Notes under the pieces: generated by a model
Told to the model about the DNA's origin: nothing
Database searches by the model: none
Seen by the model: only the letters and a program-made list of their open reading frames with translations
Position numbers and translations under genes: made by a program
In this document: positions 53,745 through 64,000 of the stretch, one piece after another
Numbering within the stretch: the first letter of the stretch is position 1
How the letters are laid out: each line of letters begins with the position of its first letter
From: an uncultured delta proteobacterium
GTDB taxonomy: Bacteria > Myxococcota_A > Polyangia > Fen-1088
NCBI GenBank assembly: GCA_963737265.1
Contig: CAVTRY010000012.1
Location: 96,001 to 160,000, forward strand
Reading direction: 5' to 3'
Length of the DNA stretch: 64,000 bases

Positions 53745-54758
53745 ATGTCCCCATGTAGGTGTTTTGCCCGGACGGCTGTCTCAATCGCATTGCTGGGAAT
53801 TGCGTCCGTGGAGTGCAATCCTGGCACGACCGGCCCCGCACTCGGAGGTGCAGGCATTAGCAATCCCGGTGGCGGAACGGCCGGCGGCATAACCATCCCG
53901 GTATCAAGCTCGGGCGGAGCCTCCGCCCAAGGTGGCTCAACCGGCGCAACGGCGCCGACGTGGCCCCCAGCAGGTTACGTCAACGTGACCAGCACCTCGT
54001 ATGGCGCGTATGCACTCGGACCTCTTATCTCCGGCGGCGGCAGCTCCGCACCGGATGCGGACGCCGGGACGTCCTCTGGCCAGTGCGGCGGCCTGTTCGG
54101 CGTGGTTAGGGATTTCAAGATGAGCACCACCCCAGGTGGACACCCTGATTTTCAACACGCCGTTCAAGGCGATGATCGCGGGATCGTCGATGCCACGCTT
54201 GGAAGCGACGGGAAACCCGTCTACGCGCATCCTGGAGGTTCGACGCCCACGACGACGGGGCAATCCTATTTCGACCAATGGTACCGAGACGTGCCTGACG
54301 TGAACATGACCTACGTGGTTGGGTTGCAGTTCGTCCAGAACGGAAACGTCGTTACCTTTGCCGCCTCGATTGACAATAGGGGCGTTCCCGATTCTTCCTA
54401 TTTTCCCCTCGATAACGAGGGATTCGGGAATCAGGGCTATAATCACAACTTCAGCTTCACCACCGAGATTCACACATCGTTCACCTACAACGGCGGCGAG
54501 ATATTTACGTTCCAGGGCGACGACGACGTATTCGTGTTCATCAACAACCAACTGGCCATCGACTTGGGCGGTATCCATGTGCAGGAGAGCCTGTCCGTAA
54601 ATCTCGACAACCAGGCGGCAACGCTCGGGCTGACCAAGGGCAGCGTCTACAACCTCGATGTATTCAATGCGGAGCGCCACACAGTTCAATCCAACTTCCG
54701 CATCGACACGACCCTGGCGTTCACGAACTGCGGTGTCGTGAACGGCACGATCTATTAG
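53745..54758 (+). CDS. Fibro-slime domain (PA14-like) exported protein
   Basis: VRDF...HPDF, FDQWYRD, HNFSFTTE, FQGDDDVFVFIN, IDLGGIH, AERHT. Confidence 0.9.
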   Translation: MSPCRCFARTAVSIALLGIASVECNPGTTGPALGGAGISNPGGGTAGGITIPVSSSGGASAQGGSTGATAPTWPPAGYVNVTSTSYGAYALGPLISGGGSSAPDADAGTSSGQCGGLFGVVRDFKMSTTPGGHPDFQHAVQGDDRGIVDATLGSDGKPVYAHPGGSTPTTTGQSYFDQWYRDVPDVNMTYVVGLQFVQNGNVVTFAASIDNRGVPDSSYFPLDNEGFGNQGYNHNFSFTTEIHTSFTYNGGEIFTFQGDDDVFVFINNQLAIDLGGIHVQESLSVNLDNQAATLGLTKGSVYNLDVFNAERHTVQSNFRIDTTLAFTNCGVVNGTIY

Positions 54759-54783
54759 CCAAGCGCGGCCACCCGATCGAACC

Positions 54784-55362
54784 GGGTGCCTCCCTGAAAC
54801 GGGGGCCCCAGCCGGGGGCTCGGTGAGGTAGCAACTTTCGGCGGAGTGCCGCCGAAAACGCAGATATGGAACAGGGAGGAACGGAGAAACAGAGACAGGA
54901 TGACTTTACTGGGCAAATTATCGCCGCCTGCATCGAAGTCCACCGTCACCTCGGTCCCGGGCTGCTTGAGTCGGCCTACGAGCACTGCCTGGCGCGCGAG
55001 CTAGGCCTGCGTGGATTTCGCACTCAACACCAGGTCGCGATTCCTCTGCAGTACAAAGGACTTGACCTCGACTGCGGCTATCGCCTCGACCTCATGGTGG
55101 AAGGCCGTTTGGTCGTCGAAGTCAAGGCGGTAGAGCAGTTGCTTCCTGTCCACTTGGCACAGGTCATTACCTATCTCAAGCTCCTACGACTGCCGGTGGG
55201 CCTGCTCGTCAATTTCCACGTCCCCGTACTTCGCGAGGGTCTCCGCCGCCTCGTCAACCCAACCCGTGATCCCTCTGGTCCTCCGTTCCTCCCTGTTTTT
55301 CCCTCCGATCCCACCTGCGCGGGGCGAGGTGAAGCCCCAGCCCCCGTTTCAGGGAAGCACCC
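54784..55362 (+). mobile_element. 579-bp TIR element carrying a GxxExxY gene, copy 2
   Basis: 23-bp TIRs with one mismatch; direct repeat GATCGAACC at 54775-54783 and 55363-55371. Confidence 0.93.
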
Positions 55363-55456
55363 GATCGAACCTCTGGGCTTGCGATTTGGGTGCGGATTGT
55401 CCAAGACTGCGCCTGATGTCCCCGCCCAAAACAAGTCGGCTTATGAGTGGCGATGA
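54866..55456 (+). CDS. GxxExxY family protein
   Basis: Near-identical to 21891-22403, different read-through C-terminus. Confidence 0.92.
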   Translation: MEQGGTEKQRQDDFTGQIIAACIEVHRHLGPGLLESAYEHCLARELGLRGFRTQHQVAIPLQYKGLDLDCGYRLDLMVEGRLVVEVKAVEQLLPVHLAQVITYLKLLRLPVGLLVNFHVPVLREGLRRLVNPTRDPSGPPFLPVFPSDPTCAGRGEAPAPVSGKHPIEPLGLRFGCGLSKTAPDVPAQNKSAYEWR

Positions 55457-57020
55457 AGCCGTGGCTCTCGCCGCCCTTCACGCGTCCGTCCAGCTAGGCA
55501 CTGGCTACCCCGGCACACCGTCGACGGAGATCCTGGAACGCTTCGAAGTCCTGGGCGGGCGCGCGCAGTGGGCGCCCAACGAAAAGGTAGCTCTGGAAGT
55601 CGGCATCGGTGTCGCGTTTGCTGGCGGACGATCCATTGTGACCATGAAGCACGTCGGCCTCAACGTGGCCGCCGACCCGCTTTTCACCGTCGCGTACACC
55701 GGCGTGGAAGGCGCGCTGGTCGTGGTGTCGGCCGACGATCCGGGTATGGCATCCAGCCAGAACGAACAGGACAACCGGCGCTTCGCCGTGGCGGCCGGCG
55801 TGCCCATGCTGGAGCCCGCAGACTCGCAGGAAGCCTACGATTTCACGCTGCTTGCCATCGAAATTTCCGAGCGCTGGCGCATTCCGGTGCTCCTGCGCAT
55901 GACCACGCGCGTCTGCCATTCCAAGACCATCGTGGCCACGCCCGGCAATGCGGTACCGCCTGCGCGCGCGCCCGCCTTCGTGCGCAGCGTGCCCGAGCGA
56001 GTAATGATCCCGGCCTACGCGCGCCCAGCCCACCTGCGCCTGCGCACCAAGCTGGCCGAAATCGAGGCGTGGAACGAACACAAGGGCCCAACGGTTCGCG
56101 TTGACGGTGAAGGTAAGCTTGGCATCATCACCTCGGGCATTTCTTACCAGCATGTGCGCGAGGCGGCGCCGGACGCGCGCGTTCTCAAAATCGGCCTCAC
56201 CTACCCCTTGCCGATGGAAGCCATGTGCAAGTTCGCCGAGAGCGTCGAGCGTTGCTTCGTGATCGAGGAAGGCGATCCCTTCCTCGTCGAGGCCGCCCGC
56301 GCGGCGGGAGCCAAAGTGCAGGGCCGGCCCGCCATGTATCGTTGTGGCGAATTGAACGTCAATCGCGTGCGGCGCATCTTGGCCGGCGACCTTTCGCCCG
56401 AAGCCAAGCCCGTACCCGGCAAGCCGCCGGAGCTATGCCCCGGCTGCCCGCACAGAATCGTGTTCGAGATCCTGCGCGACCTCGACTGCATCGTGGCGGG
56501 CGACATCGGCTGCTACACGCTGGGCGTGCTGCCGCCATTTTCAGCTATGGATACCGTGGTGTGCATGGGCGCATCGGTCGGAGTGGGCCTCGGCATGCGC
56601 CACGTCCTGCCTGAAAAGGACGCGCGCCGGGTGGTTAGCGTCATCGGCGATTCCACCTTCGTGCACAGCGGAATCACGGGCTTGGTCGAGATGGTCTACA
56701 ACCCACCCAAGACCGGACACGTACTACTCATCCTCGACAACGGGACCACTGCGATGACGGGTTTGCAGGAACATCCGGGCACGGGACGAACCCTCGGCCA
56801 CCAGCCCACGGGCAAGATTAGCTTCGAGGCGCTCGCGAGCGCTGTAGGCGTCAAGCACGTCACGGTGCTGGACCCCACCTTGCGCCCGGCCGAGCTGCGC
56901 GCCTGCATCGAAGAGGCGCTGGCGCGCCAGGAACTTTCGGTCATCATCACCCGGCGCAACTGCCTGCTGGCGGCTGGTGCCATCAAAAGCTACGAGAAGA
57001 ATCATGAAAAGGGTAATTAG
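55416..57020 (+). CDS. iorA: Indolepyruvate:ferredoxin oxidoreductase alpha subunit
   Basis: GYPGTPSTE, NEKVALE, MKHVGLNVAADP, LCPGCPH, GDIGCY, IGDSTF..SG. Confidence 0.93.
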   Translation: MSPPKTSRLMSGDEAVALAALHASVQLGTGYPGTPSTEILERFEVLGGRAQWAPNEKVALEVGIGVAFAGGRSIVTMKHVGLNVAADPLFTVAYTGVEGALVVVSADDPGMASSQNEQDNRRFAVAAGVPMLEPADSQEAYDFTLLAIEISERWRIPVLLRMTTRVCHSKTIVATPGNAVPPARAPAFVRSVPERVMIPAYARPAHLRLRTKLAEIEAWNEHKGPTVRVDGEGKLGIITSGISYQHVREAAPDARVLKIGLTYPLPMEAMCKFAESVERCFVIEEGDPFLVEAARAAGAKVQGRPAMYRCGELNVNRVRRILAGDLSPEAKPVPGKPPELCPGCPHRIVFEILRDLDCIVAGDIGCYTLGVLPPFSAMDTVVCMGASVGVGLGMRHVLPEKDARRVVSVIGDSTFVHSGITGLVEMVYNPPKTGHVLLILDNGTTAMTGLQEHPGTGRTLGHQPTGKISFEALASAVGVKHVTVLDPTLRPAELRACIEEALARQELSVIITRRNCLLAAGAIKSYEKNHEKGN

Positions 57021-57474
57021 CGTCGTCATTGCCGGCCTGGGCGGCCAGGGCGTGCTCAAGGCGTCGGACATCTTGTCGGACGTCGCATTTCGCACCGGCT
57101 TGGCAGTCAAGAAAAGCGAAATCCACGGCATGAGCCAGCGTGGTGGCTCGGTCACGAGCGACGTGCGTTTCGGCCGCGAGGTGTTCTCGCCCATGGTCCC
57201 CGAGGGCGAAGCCGATTTCCTGGTTGCCCTCGCCGCCTCGGAAATTGAGGTCAATCGCGCCGTTCTCGGACTGGCCGGCGTCGTGATCGGCCCCGACACC
57301 ATCGACGAGGACAAGCTGACCCATAAGAAGAGCCTCAACGTCGCTCTCTTGGGCGCACTCGCCCGCCATCTGGATCTTCCTCAAGAAAGCTGGCTCGCCG
57401 CCATCCTGGGCAGCTTGCCCGAAAAGCTGCACGAGGCCAACCTGCACGCTTTCGCCGTCGGCAGAGGCGGCTAG
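57004..57474 (+). CDS. iorB: Indolepyruvate:ferredoxin oxidoreductase beta subunit
   Basis: GLGGQG, SEIHGMSQRGGSV. Confidence 0.92.
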   Translation: MKRVISVVIAGLGGQGVLKASDILSDVAFRTGLAVKKSEIHGMSQRGGSVTSDVRFGREVFSPMVPEGEADFLVALAASEIEVNRAVLGLAGVVIGPDTIDEDKLTHKKSLNVALLGALARHLDLPQESWLAAILGSLPEKLHEANLHAFAVGRGG

Positions 57475-57484
57475 CGAAAGAAGA

Positions 57485-57590
57485 ATTTAACCACGGAGAG
57501 CATGGAGAGCACAGGGGAGGGGCTCGGATTCGGGATCCGGAACCCCTTTCGGTTCGGCCTCCGTGCCCTCTGCGTCTCTGTGGTGAAAAT
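57485..57590. repeat. Imperfect inverted repeat built from ~9-nt purine-rich units (REP-like)
   Basis: taaccacggagagcatggagagcacaggg ... ctccgtgccctctgcgtctctgtggtgaa. Confidence 0.7.
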
Positions 57591-57600
57591 CCGCCGGCCC

Positions 57601-57642
57601 GAAAACAAAAACGCGGAAGAGGTTTCCCTCTCCCGCGTCTTG
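57601..57642 (-). terminator. Rho-independent terminator of hppA
   Basis: Minus strand ACGCGGGAGAGG-GAAA-CCTCTTCCGCG followed by TTTTTGTTTT. Confidence 0.8.
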
Positions 57643-57656
57643 CGATCTTGCGAGGA

Positions 57657-60077
<2,421 letters not shown>

Positions 60078-60319
60078 GGGTCTCCTTCTGATTTGGCGCG
60101 CAACCTAGACGATGCGGACGGCAATCGTCAAGGATGACTGCGCAACACAATGCGATGGTCGCCGGGAAGCACGGGCTTCCGCGACAGCGAAAAACACTGC
60201 CAACGTGGCGTAACCTTGAGGACATTGGGCAAGAGCCCCTCGGATGACCGGCGATCGATTCGGTCAAGCTTGCCCAGCGTGAACGTGGCCTCGCGCGACT
60301 TGTGCGATAGACTGCCGCG

Positions 60320-63235
60320 ATGAAATTGCGCCCCCAACTGCACGTCCTCGTCGGCGTTGCCTCTCTTCTTCCCCGTGGTTCCGCCGCGTCCGTGCCGGAA
60401 ATCGCCTTCGAACAGTACCGCCTTCCGAGTGGGCTCGACGTCCTGCTACACGTCGACCACCGCGTTCCCATCGTGCATGTCGAGGTTTGGTACAAGGTCG
60501 GGTCAAAAGACGAGGTCGCCGGAAAAACCGGATTTGCCCACCTGTTCGAGCACATGATGTTCCAGGGGACAAAGCACATCCCCGAGGACGCCTACTTCAA
60601 ATATCTGGCCCAAGCCGGAGCATCGGCCCGCAACGGTTCCACCAGCACGGATAGAACCAACTACTTCGAAACCCTGCCCGCGTCGCAGCTTGAGCTTGGT
60701 CTGTGGTTGGAAAGCTCGCGCATGGGCTTCTTGCTCGATCGAGATGGGAACCCTGAGAGGGTTCCCATACCCTCCCGCGACGCTTCGCTGCCGGCCAGGC
60801 CGGCAGGCTCCGCACGCGATCGCCCATCCTTTCGCGAAACCTTCGCCAACCAGCGCGACGTGGTCAAGAACGAGCGCCGCCAGCGCGTGGAAAACAGTCC
60901 CCTCGGTGGCGTCGCGCGCGTCGAGCTGGAAGCTCTCTTCCCCGTCGGACACCCGTACCGCCACGAAGTCGTCGGCTCGATGGAAGATTTGGATGCGGCG
61001 TCCGAGGCCGATTTGAAGGATTTTTTCAACCGCTACTACGCGCCCGGGAACGCCGTGCTCCTTATCGCGGGCGACATCGATACCGCCTTTACCAAGGGAC
61101 TCGTCGAAAAGTATTTCGGCCCCATCGCCCCCGGACTGCCCATCCAGCGCGTACCGGTGCCGCCCATTCCGCCGCAGAAGGCAGAGCGACGACGGATCGC
61201 CATGGAAGCGAAGATCAATCTGTCGCGCGGGCAAATGGCGTGGAACACGGTGCCTGCCTTCGCCGCGGGCGACGCGGAGCTCGATATGCTCGCCAACATC
61301 TTGGGCGAAGGCCGCAGCTCCCGGCTGTATCAACGCCTCGTCTACGATCTCAAGATTGCCCAGTCCGTATCGGCGAACCACATGAGTCGCGTGTATGGTG
61401 GCACCTTCGAAATCGCCTACACCGTCATGCGCGGCCATTCCCTGGCCGAGGTGGAAAAGGTCATCGATGAAGAGTTGGACAAGCTGTGCACCCAGCCTCC
61501 TGCGCAGGAAGAAGTCGAACGCGCGCGCAACCAAATCAAGACCGACCTGTTCAAGGGCATGGAAACGTTGTCGGGTCTGGCCTCGCATCTCCTCTACTAC
61601 GACGTCTTCGCGGGCGACGCCGGCTACTTGCGCCGCGATCTCGATCGTTACGACGGCGCGACGGCCGAAATTCTGGGAACCTGGGCCCGGAAGATCCTGA
61701 CCAAGAATGGCCGCGTGGTCGTCGATGTCGAGCCCAATCCGAAGGCGCCCATCATGGGCCGGTTGGTGAAGGCTGCCCCAGCGGCTGCTGACAGGCCAAC
61801 TCCTGTCGACGGTGGCCAAGCCATCGTGGCGCAGGCCAAGATCGTTCCACGTGCGACGCCCGATGCCGCTTTCCGCTCCACGCTGCCGCAGCCTGGGGAC
61901 AAACATCCCTTCAAGGTGCCGGCCGTGAAGCGCTTTCGGCTAAAAAATGGACTGTCCGTCATCTTGGCCGAATCGCACAAGCTGCCGCTCGTCAGCCTGG
62001 ACCTGATCGTAAAAACCGGCAGCAGCGCGAACGGGAAGGACAAGGCAGGTCTTGCCAGCCTGGTGGCCAACCTGCTCGACGAAGGGACAAAGAAGCGCAC
62101 CGCCACCCAAATCGCCAACGAGGTGGCACAGCTCGGCGCGAGCTTGAACACCTACGCGACGTGGGATGCGTCGGCGGTCTCGCTCAGCACGCTCAGCGAG
62201 AACCTCGACCGGGGCCTCGACGTGTGGGCCGATGTGCTGCTCAATCCAGCCTTCGCCGAAGATGATCTCGTGCGCGTCGTCGACAATCTGGCTTCATCGC
62301 TGGCCCAGCGCAAAGACTACCCACCCATCGTCGCGGGACAGGTCTTTGCGCGCGCCCTGTGGGGCGATGTGCATCCCTTCGCATGGCCCGACACCGGCAC
62401 CGAAGCATCGTTAAGGGCTCTCGATCGCGCCAGCGTCAGGCGTTTTTACGACACGTTCTACGTCCCGAGCAATGCCGTGCTGGTGGTGACGGGCGACGTG
62501 ACCGAAAAGGACGTGCATGCCAAGATCGAACCCTTGCTTGCCAAGTGGAAAGCCAAGAAGGTTCCATCGGTCAAACTGCCCAAGGTCGAAGCGCCGGAAA
62601 AGCTCCGCATCGTTCTCGTCGACAAGGCCGGCGCGCCGCAGTCGTCGATCCGCATCGGCCTGCCAGGAATCGAACGCAAGAACCCCGACTACTACCGCGC
62701 CCTGGTGACGAACCAGATCCTGGGCGGAGGTTTCAAGCGGTTGGCGCTGAACCTGCGCGAAACCAAGGGCTGGACCTACGGCGTGGGCTCGCAATTCGAC
62801 GCCCGCCGATCCGTCGGCCCGTGGACCATCAGCGGCGAGTTCGTCGCGGCGCACACCGCGGATGCGGTGGCCGAGATTCTCAAGGAAATCGAAAAGCTGC
62901 GTGCCGAGGACGTCACCGACAAAGAGCTGGCCGAAACCAAGGACGAGATCGTCGGCGCCTTCCCGGCGCGCTTCGCCACCGCCAGCCAGCTCGCCTCGCA
63001 GATGACCGCGCTTGCCGTCTACGACCTGCCCCCGACGGAGCTTGATTCGTTCGTCGGCAAGATCGCCGCCGTCGACAAACAGCAGGTACGAGCGATGGCG
63101 CGAAAATACTTCCGGCCGGACAATCTGCTCATCGTCGTGGTCGGGGATCGCGTCGGCAATGAGGCGGCACTGCGCAAAATCGCCGAGGTCGAACGCCGCG
63201 ATCTCGACGGCAACCTAATCGAGCCTGGTCGTTGA
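60320..63235 (+). CDS. M16-family (pitrilysin-like) zinc peptidase, two-domain fusion
   Basis: Signal peptide, GFAHLFEHMMF (HxxEH), NQRDVVKNERRQ, LRETKGWTYG. Confidence 0.92.
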   Translation: MKLRPQLHVLVGVASLLPRGSAASVPEIAFEQYRLPSGLDVLLHVDHRVPIVHVEVWYKVGSKDEVAGKTGFAHLFEHMMFQGTKHIPEDAYFKYLAQAGASARNGSTSTDRTNYFETLPASQLELGLWLESSRMGFLLDRDGNPERVPIPSRDASLPARPAGSARDRPSFRETFANQRDVVKNERRQRVENSPLGGVARVELEALFPVGHPYRHEVVGSMEDLDAASEADLKDFFNRYYAPGNAVLLIAGDIDTAFTKGLVEKYFGPIAPGLPIQRVPVPPIPPQKAERRRIAMEAKINLSRGQMAWNTVPAFAAGDAELDMLANILGEGRSSRLYQRLVYDLKIAQSVSANHMSRVYGGTFEIAYTVMRGHSLAEVEKVIDEELDKLCTQPPAQEEVERARNQIKTDLFKGMETLSGLASHLLYYDVFAGDAGYLRRDLDRYDGATAEILGTWARKILTKNGRVVVDVEPNPKAPIMGRLVKAAPAAADRPTPVDGGQAIVAQAKIVPRATPDAAFRSTLPQPGDKHPFKVPAVKRFRLKNGLSVILAESHKLPLVSLDLIVKTGSSANGKDKAGLASLVANLLDEGTKKRTATQIANEVAQLGASLNTYATWDASAVSLSTLSENLDRGLDVWADVLLNPAFAEDDLVRVVDNLASSLAQRKDYPPIVAGQVFARALWGDVHPFAWPDTGTEASLRALDRASVRRFYDTFYVPSNAVLVVTGDVTEKDVHAKIEPLLAKWKAKKVPSVKLPKVEAPEKLRIVLVDKAGAPQSSIRIGLPGIERKNPDYYRALVTNQILGGGFKRLALNLRETKGWTYGVGSQFDARRSVGPWTISGEFVAAHTADAVAEILKEIEKLRAEDVTDKELAETKDEIVGAFPARFATASQLASQMTALAVYDLPPTELDSFVGKIAAVDKQQVRAMARKYFRPDNLLIVVVGDRVGNEAALRKIAEVERRDLDGNLIEPGR
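60736..60822. mobile_element. 81-bp palindromic in-frame insertion in the M16 peptidase gene
   Basis: Hairpins ATGGGAACCCT-GAG-AGGGTTCCCAT and CTGCCGGCC-A-GGCCGGCAG; CGATCG at 60736-41 and 60817-22. Confidence 0.65.
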
Positions 63236-64000
63236 GCACCTTCCGCGAGCTGCGCGAGCTGCGGCTGGCCGACGAGAAGGGGACGCTCTACTCGCAGGCC
63301 GACATGGCCGTCGCCCTGTGCTACCCGAGCCCCTACCACGTCGGCATGTCGTCGCTCGGATTCCAAACCATCTACCGCGAGCTCAACGCCCTGAACGGCA
63401 TCGCGGCCGAGCGCGCCTTCTTACCCGACGACGTACCGGCCGCGCGCGCGCAGCACGAGGTGCTTTGCACCTACGAATCCAACCGACCCGTCGCTGATTT
63501 TCCCATCGTCGCCTTCTCGCTGGCTTACGAGCTTGAGCTGGCGGGCTTGGTCCATTGCCTGGACCTGGCCGGAATTCCGCCGCTAGCAGCCGATCGCGAT
63601 GCCCAGGATCGGCGCTGGCCACTTATCGTTGTCGGCGGGCCGCTGACCTTTTCTAATCCCGTGCCCGCCGGCCCCATGGCCGACGTCATCGCGATGGGCG
63701 AGGCGGAAGAATTGGTCAGCGCGCTGGTGCGCCACTTTCGCGACAGCAGTGACAAACGCGTCCTGCTGCAGACCCTGGCACGCTTGCCCGGTTTCTTCGT
63801 TCCCTCGATCCACGGCGAGCACCCGCCCGCCGTCGCCGCGGCCGCCAATTCGCGCTTGCCCGCTTTTTCGCAGATCATCACGCCACACACCGAGCTGTCC
63901 GACATGTTCCTCATCGAGGCCGCGCGCGGGTGCAGCCGCACCTGTACCTACTGTGTGATGCGCAGATCGACCAACGGGGGCATGCGCAAGGTCGAGCCCG
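63232..64000 (+). CDS. Radical SAM protein, partial (runs off the window)
   Basis: YPSPYHVGMSSLGFQ, GGP..FSNP, IEAARGCSRTCTYC. Confidence 0.85.
   Translation, partial: MSTFRELRELRLADEKGTLYSQADMAVALCYPSPYHVGMSSLGFQTIYRELNALNGIAAERAFLPDDVPAARAQHEVLCTYESNRPVADFPIVAFSLAYELELAGLVHCLDLAGIPPLAADRDAQDRRWPLIVVGGPLTFSNPVPAGPMADVIAMGEAEELVSALVRHFRDSSDKRVLLQTLARLPGFFVPSIHGEHPPAVAAAANSRLPAFSQIITPHTELSDMFLIEAARGCSRTCTYCVMRRSTNGGMRKVEP

Noticed and set aside
60164-60180. GGGAAGCAC match to the GxxExxY element right end
   Set aside because: Only 9 bp, no partner TIR or target duplication

Overview
GC-rich bacterial chromosomal segment whose gene content (Cys-rich lipoproteins, fibro-slime and LamG proteins, PP2C phosphatase and Ser/Thr kinase, HEAT-repeat PepN) points to Myxococcota. 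Most of it is housekeeping: lon, recA, cinA, xseB, ispA, ampG, dnaE, rlmD, lgt, iorAB, hppA, a CzcA-type RND efflux cluster, peptidases, GGDEF/HDOD signalling genes and a MutH-like endonuclease. The stand-out signal is a 579-bp element present twice (21809-22387 and 54784-55362). Each copy has 23-bp terminal inverted repeats and its own perfect 9-bp target-site duplication, yet its only gene is a GxxExxY-family PD-(D/E)xK nuclease-like protein, with no recognisable transposase. Other small mobile or repeat structures are two ~160-bp MITE-like elements sharing a core and inserted at stop codons, an 81-bp palindromic in-frame insertion in an M16 peptidase gene, an empty purine-rich inverted repeat and a displaced copy of part of rlmD. 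Several frameshifts are present and may be real or assembly errors. No rRNA, tRNA or CRISPR array was seen. All calls are from motif recognition by eye, not database searches.
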